DNA of 63,463 nucleotides, filler included, from Squatina squatina (lineage: Eukaryota): assembly GCA_031763465.1 (NCBI GenBank). It is 3 parts of 3 records of this genome, joined end to end, with 100 filler letters (N's around TTAATTAATTAA, not from the genome) between each part and the next. Parts side by side here need not be neighbours in the genome. Positions count along the whole stretch, not along the records: positions 24,012 to 50,463 come from JARFOE010000162.1; positions 50,564 to 63,463 come from JARFOE010000100.1; 1 more part is not named here. The stretch is one strand, 5' to 3'. Under the pieces are notes generated by a model that saw only the letters and a program-made list of their open reading frames with translations, was not told the DNA's origin and did not search any database. A program made the translations under genes and the position numbers. Below, piece by piece: positions 38,394-51,453 of the stretch; within the stretch, counting starts at the first letter, position 1, and every line of letters begins with the position of its first letter.

Positions 38394-38416
38394 CAGATCG
38401 GATCTTTAGAATGCAT
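38394..38416 (-). CDS. pnp4a: Probable first coding exon of the PNP4 gene (MHSKDPI)
   Basis: ATG CAT TCT AAA GAT CCG ATC TG|gtaagt; phase-2 intron as in PNP genes; resembles the teleost Pnp4a N-terminus as recalled (MHSKDQIC). Confidence 0.7.
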
Positions 38417-40107
38417 CATATCAAGTACCAAGCCTGCTTCCTTATCTCTTCCAAGGAAAGGTTCTTTCAGTCAATTCTTTAACAGTTTAGTAACAAAGCA
38501 TGAACACTGTTTGCTGTGTGACTTCTCACTGCTTCACCAGCCCAGACTAGCAATCTGTATCTGAAAAAAAAAAACTGGTAAGTTCCACATTGGCACCTTA
38601 CCATGATGCCAAGTGATTGGTTCATGTAAGCTGATGTAAGAATATGATTGGCTGCAGTTAGGGTGGGGTGATTAATTGTTAAATGCAAAATTACTTTTCT
38701 TCCCTGCAAGAAAGATATTCTCTCAAGTAAGTGCATGTGACCAGCAATTAAATGGCCTTGGGTCAGTTGTGATAGAAAGACCATTAACCTTTTCAAGGTT
38801 CAAAGTTTTTGCATTTCCTTGTAGAACATCCAACTGAGAAAGTTAAGTTTCTTACAGGTTTCTGAATGATAGATCAGCCAGGATTTTGGCTTTTTGCAAT
38901 TTGGTAGGATGGTGCAATTGCGTGATGTCAATCCTTACTGGACTTTAAAATGCCACAAAGAGTAGATGTCACCAACATTTAAATGCTCAAGAGTCAAAAG
39001 AAGAAATTGCATAATGACAAAGAGCCACAGGGTGATGCCAGTTGACCATAAATGGTCTTCAACATCTTTTGATCCCTTTTATTGCACCACAGCCTTTAAG
39101 ACTCAGTCCAAACGAACTATTATTCTATTTGTATTCTTGACTATAAAATGAGTTTTGTCTAAACATTTGTTCACACAATTTCTGGAACTGATCCATAAAT
39201 AACTGGAGACAATGAACAGAAGGATGCACATGAGCACAAGAAAGCATTGTGTGGGTGACATTACATTCAGACCCATTCAAGCAATCAGTGTTGGGTTCCC
39301 TCCAGAATCAATGGCATTGAAAGCCTTTTAGTCATTTAGATATTAAATAATATAAAAAGGTTAAATTCGAACACTACTTCAAGGTAAATCATAGCATTAG
39401 ATCGCCTGAGACCGTGAAAGGTCAACGTATGATAGATCTCAGGAGGAACTTCAATCTAAGAGTGACCAACTTAACTGGACGAGCCACATAAATACTGTGG
39501 CAACAAGAGCAGGTNNNNNNNNNNNNNNNNNNNNNNNNNNNNNNNNNNNNNNNNNNNNNNNNNNNNNNNNNNNNNNNNNNNNNNNNNNNNNNNNNNNNNN
39601 NNNNNNNNNNNNNNAAAAAAAGAGCATGTACTTTATAAAAGACATTAAAAAAAAGTCATTGCTCACAGATTACAAGATAAAGAGTGAGTCTGAGGGAAAC
39701 AGATGAATGGTGCTGGAGATAGGTGCTATAATTAATTAGTTAACATCACGCTTCTGAAAAGCTGCAGCCATTGCTGACTGCCAGCAGCTCACGTCCTATA
39801 GGGTATTAGGAATTCAGATCACAACCCACTGTCTGAAAAACCAGACAGGGATGATGTTAGGAAACAGCGGAACAGCAGTGATTGTCTGATCAACCTTACA
39901 TAAGAGCTTGGATTGAATAATATGAAAAATGTAATATCTGCTAACCAATCAGCACCCCTGAAATGCCCAAGGGCGGTTATCCTTTCTTCCCAGAATATCC
40001 AGGAGCACAGCAACCAGGTAATAGAGAGAGATTGAGAATCCATATCCAGTGGGTGCTAATAAATTAACCCTTACAGAACTGACGGTTCATAGTTTTTTCC
40101 ACCTATT

Positions 40108-40509
40108 TTCAAGGGATGACCTGATAGAGGTCTTTAATAAAATGATGAAGGGGTCGCGCTAGGCTAGGCATAGAAAAGATGTTTTTTCCATTTGTGAGGG
40201 GAGAGACCAAAACTAGGGGACATAAATATAAGATAGTCACCAATACATCCAATAAGGAACTGAGGAGAAACTTCTTTACCCAAAGTTTGGTGTGAATGTG
40301 GAACTTGCTACTGCAGGGAGTGGTTGAGGCGAATAGCACAGAGGCATTTAAGGGGAAGCTAGACAAACACACGAAGGAGAAAGGAATAGAAGGATGGGCT
40401 GATAGGGTGAGATGAAGAGGGGTGGGAGGAGGCTCGTGTGGAGCATAAACACCAGCATGGACAAGTTGGGCCGAATGGCCTGTTTCTGTTCTGTAAATTC
40501 TATGTAATC
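40108..40509 (+). mobile_element. CR1 LINE 3' end
   Basis: GDLIEVF...TRGHKYKIVT...RRNFFTQ followed by the GGAGGCTCGTGTGGAGCATAAACACCAGC tail; shorter copies at 37536-37657 and 46101-46331. Confidence 0.9.
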
Positions 40510-40837
40510 TTCCTTCAGTCCCAGACTCTAGTGAGTTAGCTGGTAAGCTGGCAATAGTTAGGATGGTACAATCTACTTCAATTTTGATGAGGAGGGAAAA
40601 GAAATCACCCAGTCTTACTGGGGGTTGGGGGGGGTGCTGTAAATTAGTCTCTGGCTGTGGCCCAGTCCGGGCGACAGCGAGCCGGCAGCCTGCCCGGTTC
40701 TCTGGAGTCATGTCCAGTGCTGCCAATTCCCTAGGGTTGCCAACTGTGGATAGACTTATTCCTGGAGGTGTCCTCACATGATCTGCCTCCAACCACCCTG
40801 CTCCCATACACCCTCGTTGCTCTCCCAACACGTCTAT

Positions 40838-41207
40838 TATAAGAACATAAGAAATAGGAGCATTCGGCCATTCGGCCCCTCAAGCCTGTTCCATCATTCA
40901 ATGAGATCCTGGCCGATCTTCTACCTCAACTCCACTTTCCTGCCCTGTCCCCATATCCCGTGATTCCCTCAGTGCCCAAAAATCTATCGATCTTTGTTTT
41001 GAATATACTCAACGACTGAGCCTCCACGGCCCTCTGAGTGAAGAAATGTCTCCTCATCTCAGTCCTAAATGGCCGAACCCTTATCCTGAGACTGTGTCCC
41101 CTAGTTCTAGACTCCCCAGCCAGGGGAAACAGCCCCTCAGCATCTACCCTTCAATCCCCCTCAGAATTATATACTTTTCAATGAGATCACCTCATTCTTC
41201 CAAACTC
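40838..41207 (-). mobile_element. CR1 LINE 3' end
   Basis: AAGAACATAAGAAATAGGAGC...GGCCATTCGGCCC is the reverse complement of the 1434-1698 tail; similar copies at 42868-43009 and 63410-63463. Confidence 0.85.
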
Positions 41208-43153
41208 AGGATTGGTAACTTGAAGACACAGATTTAAGATAATTAGCAAAAAAGCCAAAGGGGAGATGAGGAGAATATGTTTCTACACNNNNNNNNNNNN
41301 NNNNNNNNNNNNNNNNNNNNNNNNNNNNNNNNNNNNNNNNNNNNNNNNNNNNNNNNNNNNNNNNNNNNNNNNNNNNNNNNNNNNNNNNCACCACTTCTCC
41401 CCCGCCCCCCCCCCCTTTATATTCCTGCCCTCTGGAGATTCAGGCCACCCATTCCATGAGCCTTTCTCCAATATTGTTGGACTTTCAACAGCGCATGCTA
41501 TTCCCCTGGCATTCAGTGGAAAATCTGCTGGGACAAATGGTACAATTATGCATGAAAGCTCGAAACAGGTTAATAGTTGGCCTTGATTCTACACACACAA
41601 ACCACCGAAAGGGAAGCACATCTCCCAACAGCTGAACGAAACACTGTGCATTTGGGGCTAGAAGCGACAGTGTTTAAGCTGACTATCATGAGTGCCAGTC
41701 TGAACATTTTGAAAGAGATTTGTTTGTGCCGACGCCTTGTTACCGAGAGATTTTCCGTAGTCGAAGGGTTAACGTGCATCGGTGGGATAGGGTTGGGGAA
41801 CTGAAACTGCCTCCTCTTGCCTCCATGGTGCATTGAGAGATAGTAAGGTCACTGTAGCCTGTGTAGATGGACAGAATATGAGTTAAATGTTAGTGCATTA
41901 TTGTAAATATTTGTCATAGATTTATTTTCAGAGATTTATAACTGTATATTTGGTTAAATTATTAAAATTCTGCCATTTTCTGTTATCTGTGTAAAGAATG
42001 TTTTAATTATGGAAATTAAGTAATTAATATTAAAATAATATTGTCACTTATCAGTGCTGCTTCCACCTATCGTCTGTGTCAGCGCAGGGCTCAAAATAAC
42101 ACTAGCCCCTTTGAAAGAAAGACTTGCATTTATCCCAAAGTGATTTATCACCAATGAAGTGTTTTTGAAGTGTAGTCACTGTTGTAATGTGGTATACNNN
42201 NNNNNNNNNNNNNNNNNNNNNNNNNNNNNNNNNNNNNNNNNNNNNNNNNNNNNNNNNNNNNNNNNNNNNNNNNNNNNNNNNNNNNNNNNNNNNNNNNTCT
42301 AATATTCAGGTGGTTTTGTTAGTGCACTGTTTGTCTCAGCATCACATAATGTCGGCTAAAAAATCAAAACAAAATGGCTGGCACAGGAAGATTTAAATTT
42401 CCACGGAGCTGCTGTCGATCTATGAGCTAATGTTTTTGAGATCAGTAAAAGTCCTACTTGTCAATAATTCCCTTAGTTTGATCCAATTTGAAGAAACATA
42501 GCAACAAACACATGCCTCATTTCTACTTTTTCCCCCGCAGCAGACATGAAGTCAATAACAACAAGAGGTTGTCCCACATTAACCCGCGCTCCAACATTAA
42601 AGTGGGACAGTAGCAGACAGCAAGGCTTTAACTAAATCATTAACATCCGCTGATGTCCCAAATTCAATACTTGGACAGTTTTAAAAAGAGCAATCGATAA
42701 TGATTAAAGTATTTACTTTCATCCTGTTGAGCAGGGATGCATTGACTGACTGACAGGCACTTGATCGCTACAGCTTGACACCAAGGTTAGGCCCAAGAAA
42801 TGCGAATGGGGGGAAACATACTCACAATTCTTGAACTATATTTGACCTGACTTCTACTATTTCCACTAACATAAGAACATAACATAGGAAATAGGAGCAG
42901 GAGTAGGCCATTCGGCCCCACAAGACTGCTCCCCCATTCAATATGTTCATGGCTGATCTTCTACCTCAACCCTACTTTCCTGCACTAAACCATATCCCTT
43001 GATTCCTTTNNNNNNNNNNNNNNNNNNNNNNNNNNNNNNNNNNNNNNNNNNNNNNNNNNNNNNNNNNNNNNNNNNNNNNNNNNNNNNNNNNNNNNNNNNN
43101 NNNNNNNNNTGTTTAAAAGCACATGCTCACAATAGTGTTTTTCTGTCTGTCAG

Positions 43154-43589
43154 AAACACACTGAGACGGGAAAATCTGGAAGATGCCGGCGTCCTGAAGG
43201 GAGAGGACGATTCCTTGATGGATAAGCACGGCTGCCCTGCCTACGTGGGGCCAGAGATTCTCAACACCAAGCAGTCCTACTCAGGGAAAGCTGCAGACAT
43301 CTGGAGCCTGGGTGTGGTCCTTTATACCATGCTGGTGGGCCGCTACCCGTTTCAGGACACGGAGCCAGCTGCCCTCTTCAGCAAGATCCGCCGAGGGTTC
43401 TACACCGTCCCGGACAACATCTCCCCCAAAGCCAAGTGCCTTATCCGCTGCCTGCTGCGACGGAACCCGGCTGAAAGATTAACGGCCAACGAGATCTTGG
43501 ATCATCCCTGGTTCAGCTCCAACTTCAACATCAACCCCTCACACACCACCGATATTGTGCAATTTCCCGCCCCGATGGGCTTTGAGTGA
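43154..43589 (+). CDS. TRIB3: TRIB3 (Tribbles pseudokinase) last coding exon
   Basis: tgtcag| then ENLEDA...[14 protein letters not shown]...[13 protein letters not shown]...GRYPFQD...ILDHPWF. NLED and PAYVGPE are TRIB3-type (TRIB1/2 have SLED and PAYVSPE); lies upstream of RBCK1 in the same orientation as in human. Confidence 0.9.
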
Positions 43590-45850
43590 GATTGTAAATA
43601 CACTGGTGCCAACCCATTACTATCATGGAAAGAAATAATGTGGGCCCAATTGGTCTGCTTTAGACCCGTGGTAGCGCCGGACAGTGGCGCTACCCGGGCA
43701 CTAAAGTAGCAACAAGCTAAATTTTAGTGGTTTACGCAGTTAGGCATGGCGATCCGGTGGCACAAAGGCCTCCTTGCCGAGGATGCCATTGGCGCTGGGG
43801 TAAAGCGCGCGATGCCACCAAGTGGCGCGCCGACCCAGCACCGCTGCCCCGTGACCCCCTTCTGCGTCGCCGGCGAACCACGTCCGGAATTGGAGTGCGG
43901 CTCACCAGCGAGGTCCGCATCGTTGGCANNNNNNNNNNNNNNNNNNNNNNNNNNNNNNNNNNNNNNNNNNNNNNNNNNNNNNNNNNNNNNNNNNNNNNNN
44001 NNNNNNNNNNNNNNNNNNNNNNNNNNNNGGGACCATCGACCGACCAGTTGGTCCCCGATAGTTACAGAGAGGACACGGACGATTTGTAGAAATTTGTACG
44101 ATTTATCAAAAAAAAAGTGTTTTTTTTTTTGAAAAGTCACGATGTGCGTGCCTTATCTGTGAATTGGACAGTGACTTCAAAGTTCTGCGACCTTCCTCGT
44201 TGAGGTGGTCTGAAGTGAAAGCCGTTCATATTGGGGGTTCCAGATTAACCAGGGGTTTGGGGTTTCCTGGCTGAAGATGGTGCCCCAGGCTTCAAGGTCG
44301 GGTGGGGTGGGGGGCAAGGGGAGGTACTCCTCTCATCAGTCAGTGTTTGCAATATGACATGATGGTGTGTGCTTGGACGGTGGGTTGGTCAACCCAGTCT
44401 GGGGATTCCCACCACCCGCACCCCCACCTCTCGGAAGTCCACACTAGACTCTTCCCCGAGACAGGGCGTGGAAGAGAACCTCAATTGTAGCTTGAGGTTG
44501 TTGACGGCAATAACAGCAAAACCAGGGTTACCTCGGAGCAGAGAGACTACGATGGAAATGAACTATCTGAGGGAGGGGGAGCAGGGAGCATTGTTGGCCT
44601 GTTCAGCGACGCCGGATCAAATCCATGGACTTCTGAGCTATTCTTCTGCTCTCTGCCCTGTGAGGAGATGTAACAATTATTCTGTACTATTGGTAAGGCC
44701 TCTTTCCCATGACTTATCCTTCCTTAAAACTGGGGACCAAAGTGTTTGTTAACGTTGCCCTTTGTGGAGGGGGATGTGGGGAGAATAGTAATGTCCCGGG
44801 TCAGAATCTTGTGGTGATTTGCTCCAAGAAATTGCTCTGTACTCTACGCAGTCTTGCCTCTGCTGACAGCATTCTGTACAATAACTCTTCACATGGCGAA
44901 TCTCTCGGAACTCCAGAATTTGGTGGATTCTAAGGCTTAAACCAAAACCTCCTAGCCCAGCCCCATTATTGTTCAAAACTGAAGGATTTTTTTTTTCTTA
45001 AGTGCTTTTGAGGAATGGATAAGGGTCAGCAGTGCAGAGTCCGGACTGAACTGCCTCTGTCCTTATCATCTTCCTCCTCCTCCCTTTACCCTGGGGAGAG
45101 TACTGATCTAGAACTGACTAATGCAGTGTAAATTCAGGCTGTGCAGTGTGGCTCTCTCCCAACAAGAGATTACAGAACCTGATGTGCACCTCTTGATACT
45201 TGATTACATTTAATGCCTCATCAGTGTTTACAGAATGTGGAACCGGTAGATTTCCTGGTTCCTGAGTGATTTATAGCGTGGGATCGCATGGGCTAGCCCG
45301 ATGCTTGGCACTGGAGTGATTGGATTTCAAACTCAGCACTGTCTTGATAAAATACAGTGATGTGTGAGCATATTTTGTCCAAAAACTAGGTGTATTTTTT
45401 TTACCTGACAGTGTTAGATTGCACCCTCTTGATGTTTTTAAAAACATTTAAAATCTCCAAGATGAGGGAAGTGTGGGTGAGGAGATACTATCCACATGCC
45501 CCTTGAGCTTGCGGGCAAGGTAGGGGCCACATTTGGATGGCACGAGTCTATCTCGCGTGCGGAAGTGTCAACACCACACAGTGGATGCCCATCTTTAGAT
45601 ACGGGTGCCCTAAGCTCTGGTAAACGCAATGACCAACCGTGGCAGTTGGCAGTGGCTGCCTTCAATTCTCATTGTGGTGGCTCTTTGCTGAGACATGCGG
45701 CCGACGATTCTATGTTTCTAACATTAGAGCTCAGTTTAAATTTTCAACTTTCAAGTGAATTTATTAAAGAAAAGATGAAAAAGCATAAAGATATAATGAC
45801 ATTTATAGAATATAACCAACTCCTGAAATGAAAAAAGAAAAGGTTGCAAC

Positions 45851-45958
45851 CAACGTTCCCTCTAAGCTGTGTGGCTGCCTGCTCCGATGTTAAATTTCAC
45901 GCATGCGTGAAATTGTGAAGTGGCCGCACAATCAAGAAAAAAATGAGGAAGAACATTG
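45851..45958. mobile_element. hAT-type MITE, same TIR family as 27659-27814
   Basis: CAACGTTCCC...GAACATTG ends; flanks GTTGCAAC / GTTGCAAT form an 8-bp TSD with one mismatch. Confidence 0.75.
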
Positions 45959-46420
45959 GTTGCAATCAATATGCCATGGTATCCCTCATACTGGCAGTTT
46001 NNNNNNNNNNNNNNNNNNNNNNNNNNNNNNNNNNNNNNNNNNNNNNNNNNNNNNNNNNNNNNNNNNNNNNNNNNNNNNNNNNNNNNNNNNNNNNNNNNNN
46101 ACCCGGAGATTGGTTGGAATGTGGAACTTGCTACCACAGGGAGTAGTTGAGGCAAATAGTCTAGATGTCTTTTGAGAGAGCTAGATAAGCACATGAGGGA
46201 GAAAGGAATAAAATGATATGCTGATATGGTTAGATGAAAGAGGGTGGGGGGAGGCTTGTGAGGAGCATGAAACACCAGCACAGACCAAGTGGGCCGAATG
46301 GCCTGTTTCTGTGCTGTAAATTCTATGTAACTTTTATTTTCTAAAAAAATCTTTCTCTGCTGACTTAGATATTGTTAGGCTACCTAATTATTATTCTGCC
46401 TTTCTTATGTTGCCTCAAAG

Positions 46421-46600
46421 CTCCTAACTGAGAAAGAGTATCGCCACTACTTGGACAAAAGTTTGGCAATTGCCGAGAATCGCAGCGACAACAGCTATCA
46501 CTGTAAGACCCCTGACTGCAAGGGCTGGTGCATCTACGAAGATGATGTCAATGAGTTTCACTGTCCCCTCTGTGATAAGAAGAACTGCTTGTTGTGCAAG
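46421..46600 (+). CDS. RBCK1: RBCK1 (HOIL-1L) IBR-domain exon, 180 nt
   Basis: caaag|CTC...AAG|gtaagt encodes [60 protein letters not shown]; not in the ORF track. Confidence 0.93.
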
Positions 46601-49600
46601 GTAAGTAGGACTTGAACAGATGGGCCTTCAAAAAGGAGCTGGATAAATATCTGGGTGGAAACAGATTGGAGGTTCTCACANNNNNNNNNNNNNNNNNNNN
46701 NNNNNNNNNNNNNNNNNNNNNNNNNNNNNNNNNNNNNNNNNNNNNNNNNNNNNNNNNNNNNNNNNNNNNNNNNNNNNNNNGGGGCTTGAACCCACAGCCT
46801 TCTGACTCAGAGGTGAGAGTGCCACCCACTGAGCCACAGCTGAAATAAAAGGTGACTTACGTACAGCGACATGAAGAGTGGGATGAAGAAAACCTAAAAG
46901 GAAAATATAAACAAATAATGTAGTTGTAGGCACAGTTCCTTTCTACAAGTTAAGGGTATCAGGCACCTTCACATGGACTATTAGTAAATCTTGTAACTGA
47001 GAAAACCAGGCATCAGGCTCAAAGATTTGTGTATTGCATATCAAGGCTAACAGTACATCATCAACACATAATTCCTTCATATTACAGTCTCAAGTAACAT
47101 AGTCTTATAAGGGCTAGCTATACAAATTAAGAAGTCTTGAACTGAGGTTATTGTGCCTGTTGACACGCCAATATTAAGGCTGCAATATATTAGTTAAAAA
47201 ACATCTCCGATGAGCTGATTGTAATTGAGGCTTATTAACGAAACACTTGGCCTATAAGCCTGTATGTATGGGTCACATTTGTTGAGCAAGTCCTGCTAAT
47301 GATTCTATTTAAATACAATGACTCCATATTTACAAAGATATAAGAAGTGCTGTTGAAATGATCCAATTAGGTTGTATTTTGCACTTTTATTTCAAGATGA
47401 TTGTTTAGTTTGAGATGTAAACATGTTCTGGGTAGCTGAGTAAAAAAAGCACGATGGTGCACAGAAGCACTGCAAAAGGAGGACAATTTAGTAGACAGTA
47501 GTCAAGTGAGAACAAGAAAAAGATCAGAGACAAAGTATAACTGCCCTGAGAGTGTGCCACGCAAGAAGCTCACCAATTCACTGGCATGCCAAGCTCATCC
47601 TCCATCTCGAATGGCCTGATACTGTACCTGAAACCCAAAACTCTGCACAGCTCCCTCTGCTGGACTAGGAGAACATTTCTATTACCCACACTTTAGGACT
47701 GCAGAGCTAAGTGTCAGACTTGGGAGCCTTTGTCCTGTGTCTTAATTTCACTAAGGGACAAGCTTTTTTTTTTTAAAAATGCCAATTTTCTGCCCTTTTC
47801 AAGGGATTGACTCCCACTGTGGTGCAGTGTCAAGGCAATAACAAAGTGGCCATTCTTTATTTGAGAGTGCAGACAGTGAACGTTGGCATGGCATGCCATT
47901 CAAGCAAGAGGAGGCAGCCGATTTTGTCCTCACCCAACCACCAGTTTGCAGCAGAGATCATTGCACAGCAATGTGGAACAGGAACCTCAATCCAGGCTCT
48001 CAAGAAGCCAACCGTACCATCCCACTACTACCAATCTGACATAGATCAGCTAACTCTGCAGAAACCAAGAATCAAATCTGCCACATTCAGCTCCATGCTG
48101 CCTATGCCAATTAAGCCAGGGTAATGTATGACCAGACAGCTTTCAACAATCTTCAGAGATGGAATTTCATCTCTCTCTCAGCTGGAATCAAAGTCAGATC
48201 TTGCATGGGAGAAAGGAGTGTTCACTAATACCACCTGTCCCCAAGATTTAGTTAAGTAACAAGTGGAACAATATTGTTAACTACTGCATATGTAAGATTG
48301 TTCTCCCTGTCTGGGTTATGCATCCTTTGAACATGGGATAATCTTGCACATAACCAAGGGACCATTTTCTCCACTCACCATGTACTTTTCACTTGGCCCA
48401 TGCTTCCCATTTGGGAGGGCAGATAGGCTAATTCTGCCATGCCGCTGCCCAGAATAGCTCTGTAACCAGCTTCCTAGGAAATGAACAAAGGACAGCTCTC
48501 CAATTCCCTCCCGCATCAGCACACATTCACTTCCTTTCCTTGATAATATGGCTGAGATTGGCATCATGCCATGTGGGAACTCAGTGGTACAGATTCACAT
48601 TGCATCACTTTGTGGCAGTAGATTTTTAATGGGTCATATGGCCCTAGGTTTTATTTTTTTTTTAGAAAAAGTGACAGCAAAATGGATATTCTGCACTATA
48701 TTGCAGCTTTATGNNNNNNNNNNNNNNNNNNNNNNNNNNNNNNNNNNNNNNNNNNNNNNNNNNNNNNNNNNNNNNNNNNNNNNNNNNNNNNNNNNNNNNN
48801 NNNNNNNNNNNNNATGCGATGACGATTTCTACTTGCAAGATTACCAGTCTACTTAGCATTTGATGGCACTTAGTTAGCAGTGCTCAATTTTATTTATAAT
48901 TTTAGTGCTTATCCGTTGAAGGACGTCAGTGTTGGATAGGAATTGGAAAGCCAAATGCCAAAATGTTGGCACCCAGTATTATCGTAAACTCACTTCAATT
49001 AGAACCCTTACAGCAGGAAAACGCCTGAAATTTTCCATCCATTTGGTATCAGCTGAAATCAAACCCAAGTCAGGAGTCCGCCTCACACATCCATAAATAT
49101 TTATCTCTTCTCACTGCCTGGCACAATACATTCTCTCCACGTAATTCAAACTATAACACAAACCCGTGCACATGCAAACATTTATGAAGGAAAATCTACA
49201 TAAAAGGAGCTGTCCTGCCAAGATCATGCAGCAAAAAAGTGGCAATTATATCCCAATATTAGCTATTAACACTTTACAGACAACAAATTAGGAGCTGCTT
49301 GTTCCTGCATCGGACTCACCAACCAAGCCAGTAACGAGGAACACAGCTGCACAGTTCCTTCTTTTGCCCGAAGCTTTGTACTGGAGGAACCCAGGAAATG
49401 ACTGGAGCAGCATTCAAGGGCAAACTTCCGTAGCTTAAAAAGAGCAATTTAAAAAAAAATTCTACCGTACCTAGGTAAGCCAGCTCCTTTTTGAACTGCT
49501 AAATATCAATTAGACACTGTTGGAAAAGCATATTGTGACGTGGTAGAATATTTATTGGTGTTTGGGGTACAGTAGTACCACTGCACAGCGAACAGGTACT

Positions 49601-50463
49601 TCTGTATAATTTTAATGGCATCGTACCATATTGTGTCCGAAAAAGGAAAAAAATAAAAGACGACAAATAGGAGCACGGGTGACTGACAAAGGTCAGGAAC
49701 CTCATTAAAAGTAAGCACTGCAATACTGAATAAACCTCTTAATCATATCTTACACACACACACAATTCGGTCCATTTCAAAGTGTAACGTGAATGTGGCT
49801 TTCTATAGGCACACTCTGCACTGAATCTCCTAGGTTGTGTTAAAAAGGAACTTCTGTGCTATAAAATGCACTGTAATTTTCCAAAGTGTTTTTCTATATA
49901 TATGGTTGTCAATTGTTCACATAAAATTGATCTACATACCATTCAAATCCATTCCCCCCACCCCTCCATTCAAGTTCAGAAAAATACCACACAACAAAGG
50001 AAGACAGATTTTAGTGGATAGAGAAATATCTGTCCCAGGCACTGATAGGGCAGGCTAGCTGTCACGATTCTTGCATTTGAATTTAATTGAACATTTGCAA
50101 CTAAAGTATATGGACAAAAAACAATCCACACTGCATGGCACAATTTTCATGGTTTCCTCGAGCACACATTTCAACTTCAGTTTAACAAAAATAAAACTAC
50201 AACCCGCAGGATTTTTTTTTAAACTCCCAACATTAAAAACAGGTCATTTCAGACTAGTGATTTTTCTTGTGTGTATTTTTAAACAGATTAAAAGTTGTAT
50301 TCAGCAGCACTGTAAAATATTGGCTTGTAACCTTCAAATCTAATGTGATGCAAGAGGTGCTGAAGCACAATTGTTTTCCAATACATGAGGTAATTTACAA
50401 ATGCAGTTAACATTGCAATTCTGCAACTAATGGCAGAAGTCCAATTAAGATCCACTGTCGTTG

Positions 50464-50563
50464 NNNNNNNNNNNNNNNNNNNNNNNNNNNNNNNNNNNNN
50501 NNNNNNNTTAATTAATTAANNNNNNNNNNNNNNNNNNNNNNNNNNNNNNNNNNNNNNNNNNNN
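50464..50563. other. Artificial scaffold-joining spacer
   Basis: 44 N + TTAATTAATTAA + 44 N. Confidence 0.95.
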
Positions 50564-51453
50564 CCTGCTCCTCTTAGCCTGCGATGTAATGAGGCAGGAG
50601 GGGTATTTTTGGGGGAAGCCCTGGCAATCCTCGAGCAATGTAAAGAGGTCAGAGACTCAATGTAATGGGTCACCGGCCCTTTTCCTCTTCTGTGTGCTTC
50701 AGAACTGAGCATTCCACAATCGCAATTGAGATAAAAATTGTCATTAATATGTTGTCTGTCAAACTCAGAAATACAATTCATTTCAGCTTTAACATGGTTT
50801 TCATAAGTGAATTTTCTCCAATATGTTTACAGATGCAATATCTGTTAGCCTGAGTAACAAACCATAATTGTTTTAAGCTTATAAGCACATATTTCCTGCA
50901 ATTTTAAACTTACGTTGCAGTATTTTCAGCATAAAACAAAATATGTTGTTGTTCAATATTTTAGTATTGAAATCTTTCTTTAGTACTCAAAACAGGAAAT
51001 TGTAAGGCTGAGTCAGAGACAGGAGCAAAAAAACTTAATTATATCATAATTTTTAAGGACATTTTCTATAAGTAAAACTCCTCACAAAACAAATTACGAC
51101 CAAAAGCTAAATAATAAACTATTGATCTAAGAGACAGAGAATGCTACTGCATGCTAGAATTCATTCCTGTAAGAAAGAAGCAGTAGCTTCTCCATCACAG
51201 CCCAAGAACTGTAGCCAATCATTTTCTTATTACACCTACTGTTAAATTTATTTCAAAAACAAGAAATCTTTTGAGTCATTTGGGCAGTGAAATAGTGAAA
51301 GCTTCCCTCCACTAAGATCAATTAACAAGTAATGATGAAAACCATCTCCTCACNNNNNNNNNNNNNNNNNNNNNNNNNNNNNNNNNNNNNNNNNNNNNNN
51401 NNNNNNNNNNNNNNNNNNNNNNNNNNNNNNNNNNNNNNNNNNNNNNNNNNNNN

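Noticed and set aside
41570-41846. ORFs and a possible TRIB3 5' exon ending near GTAAG
   Set aside because: No recognisable homology and a weak splice context; cannot be supported from sequence alone.
44369-44752. 127-aa ORF between TRIB3 and RBCK1
   Set aside because: No similarity to the RBCK1 N-terminus or any family I recognise; probably UTR or intergenic sequence.
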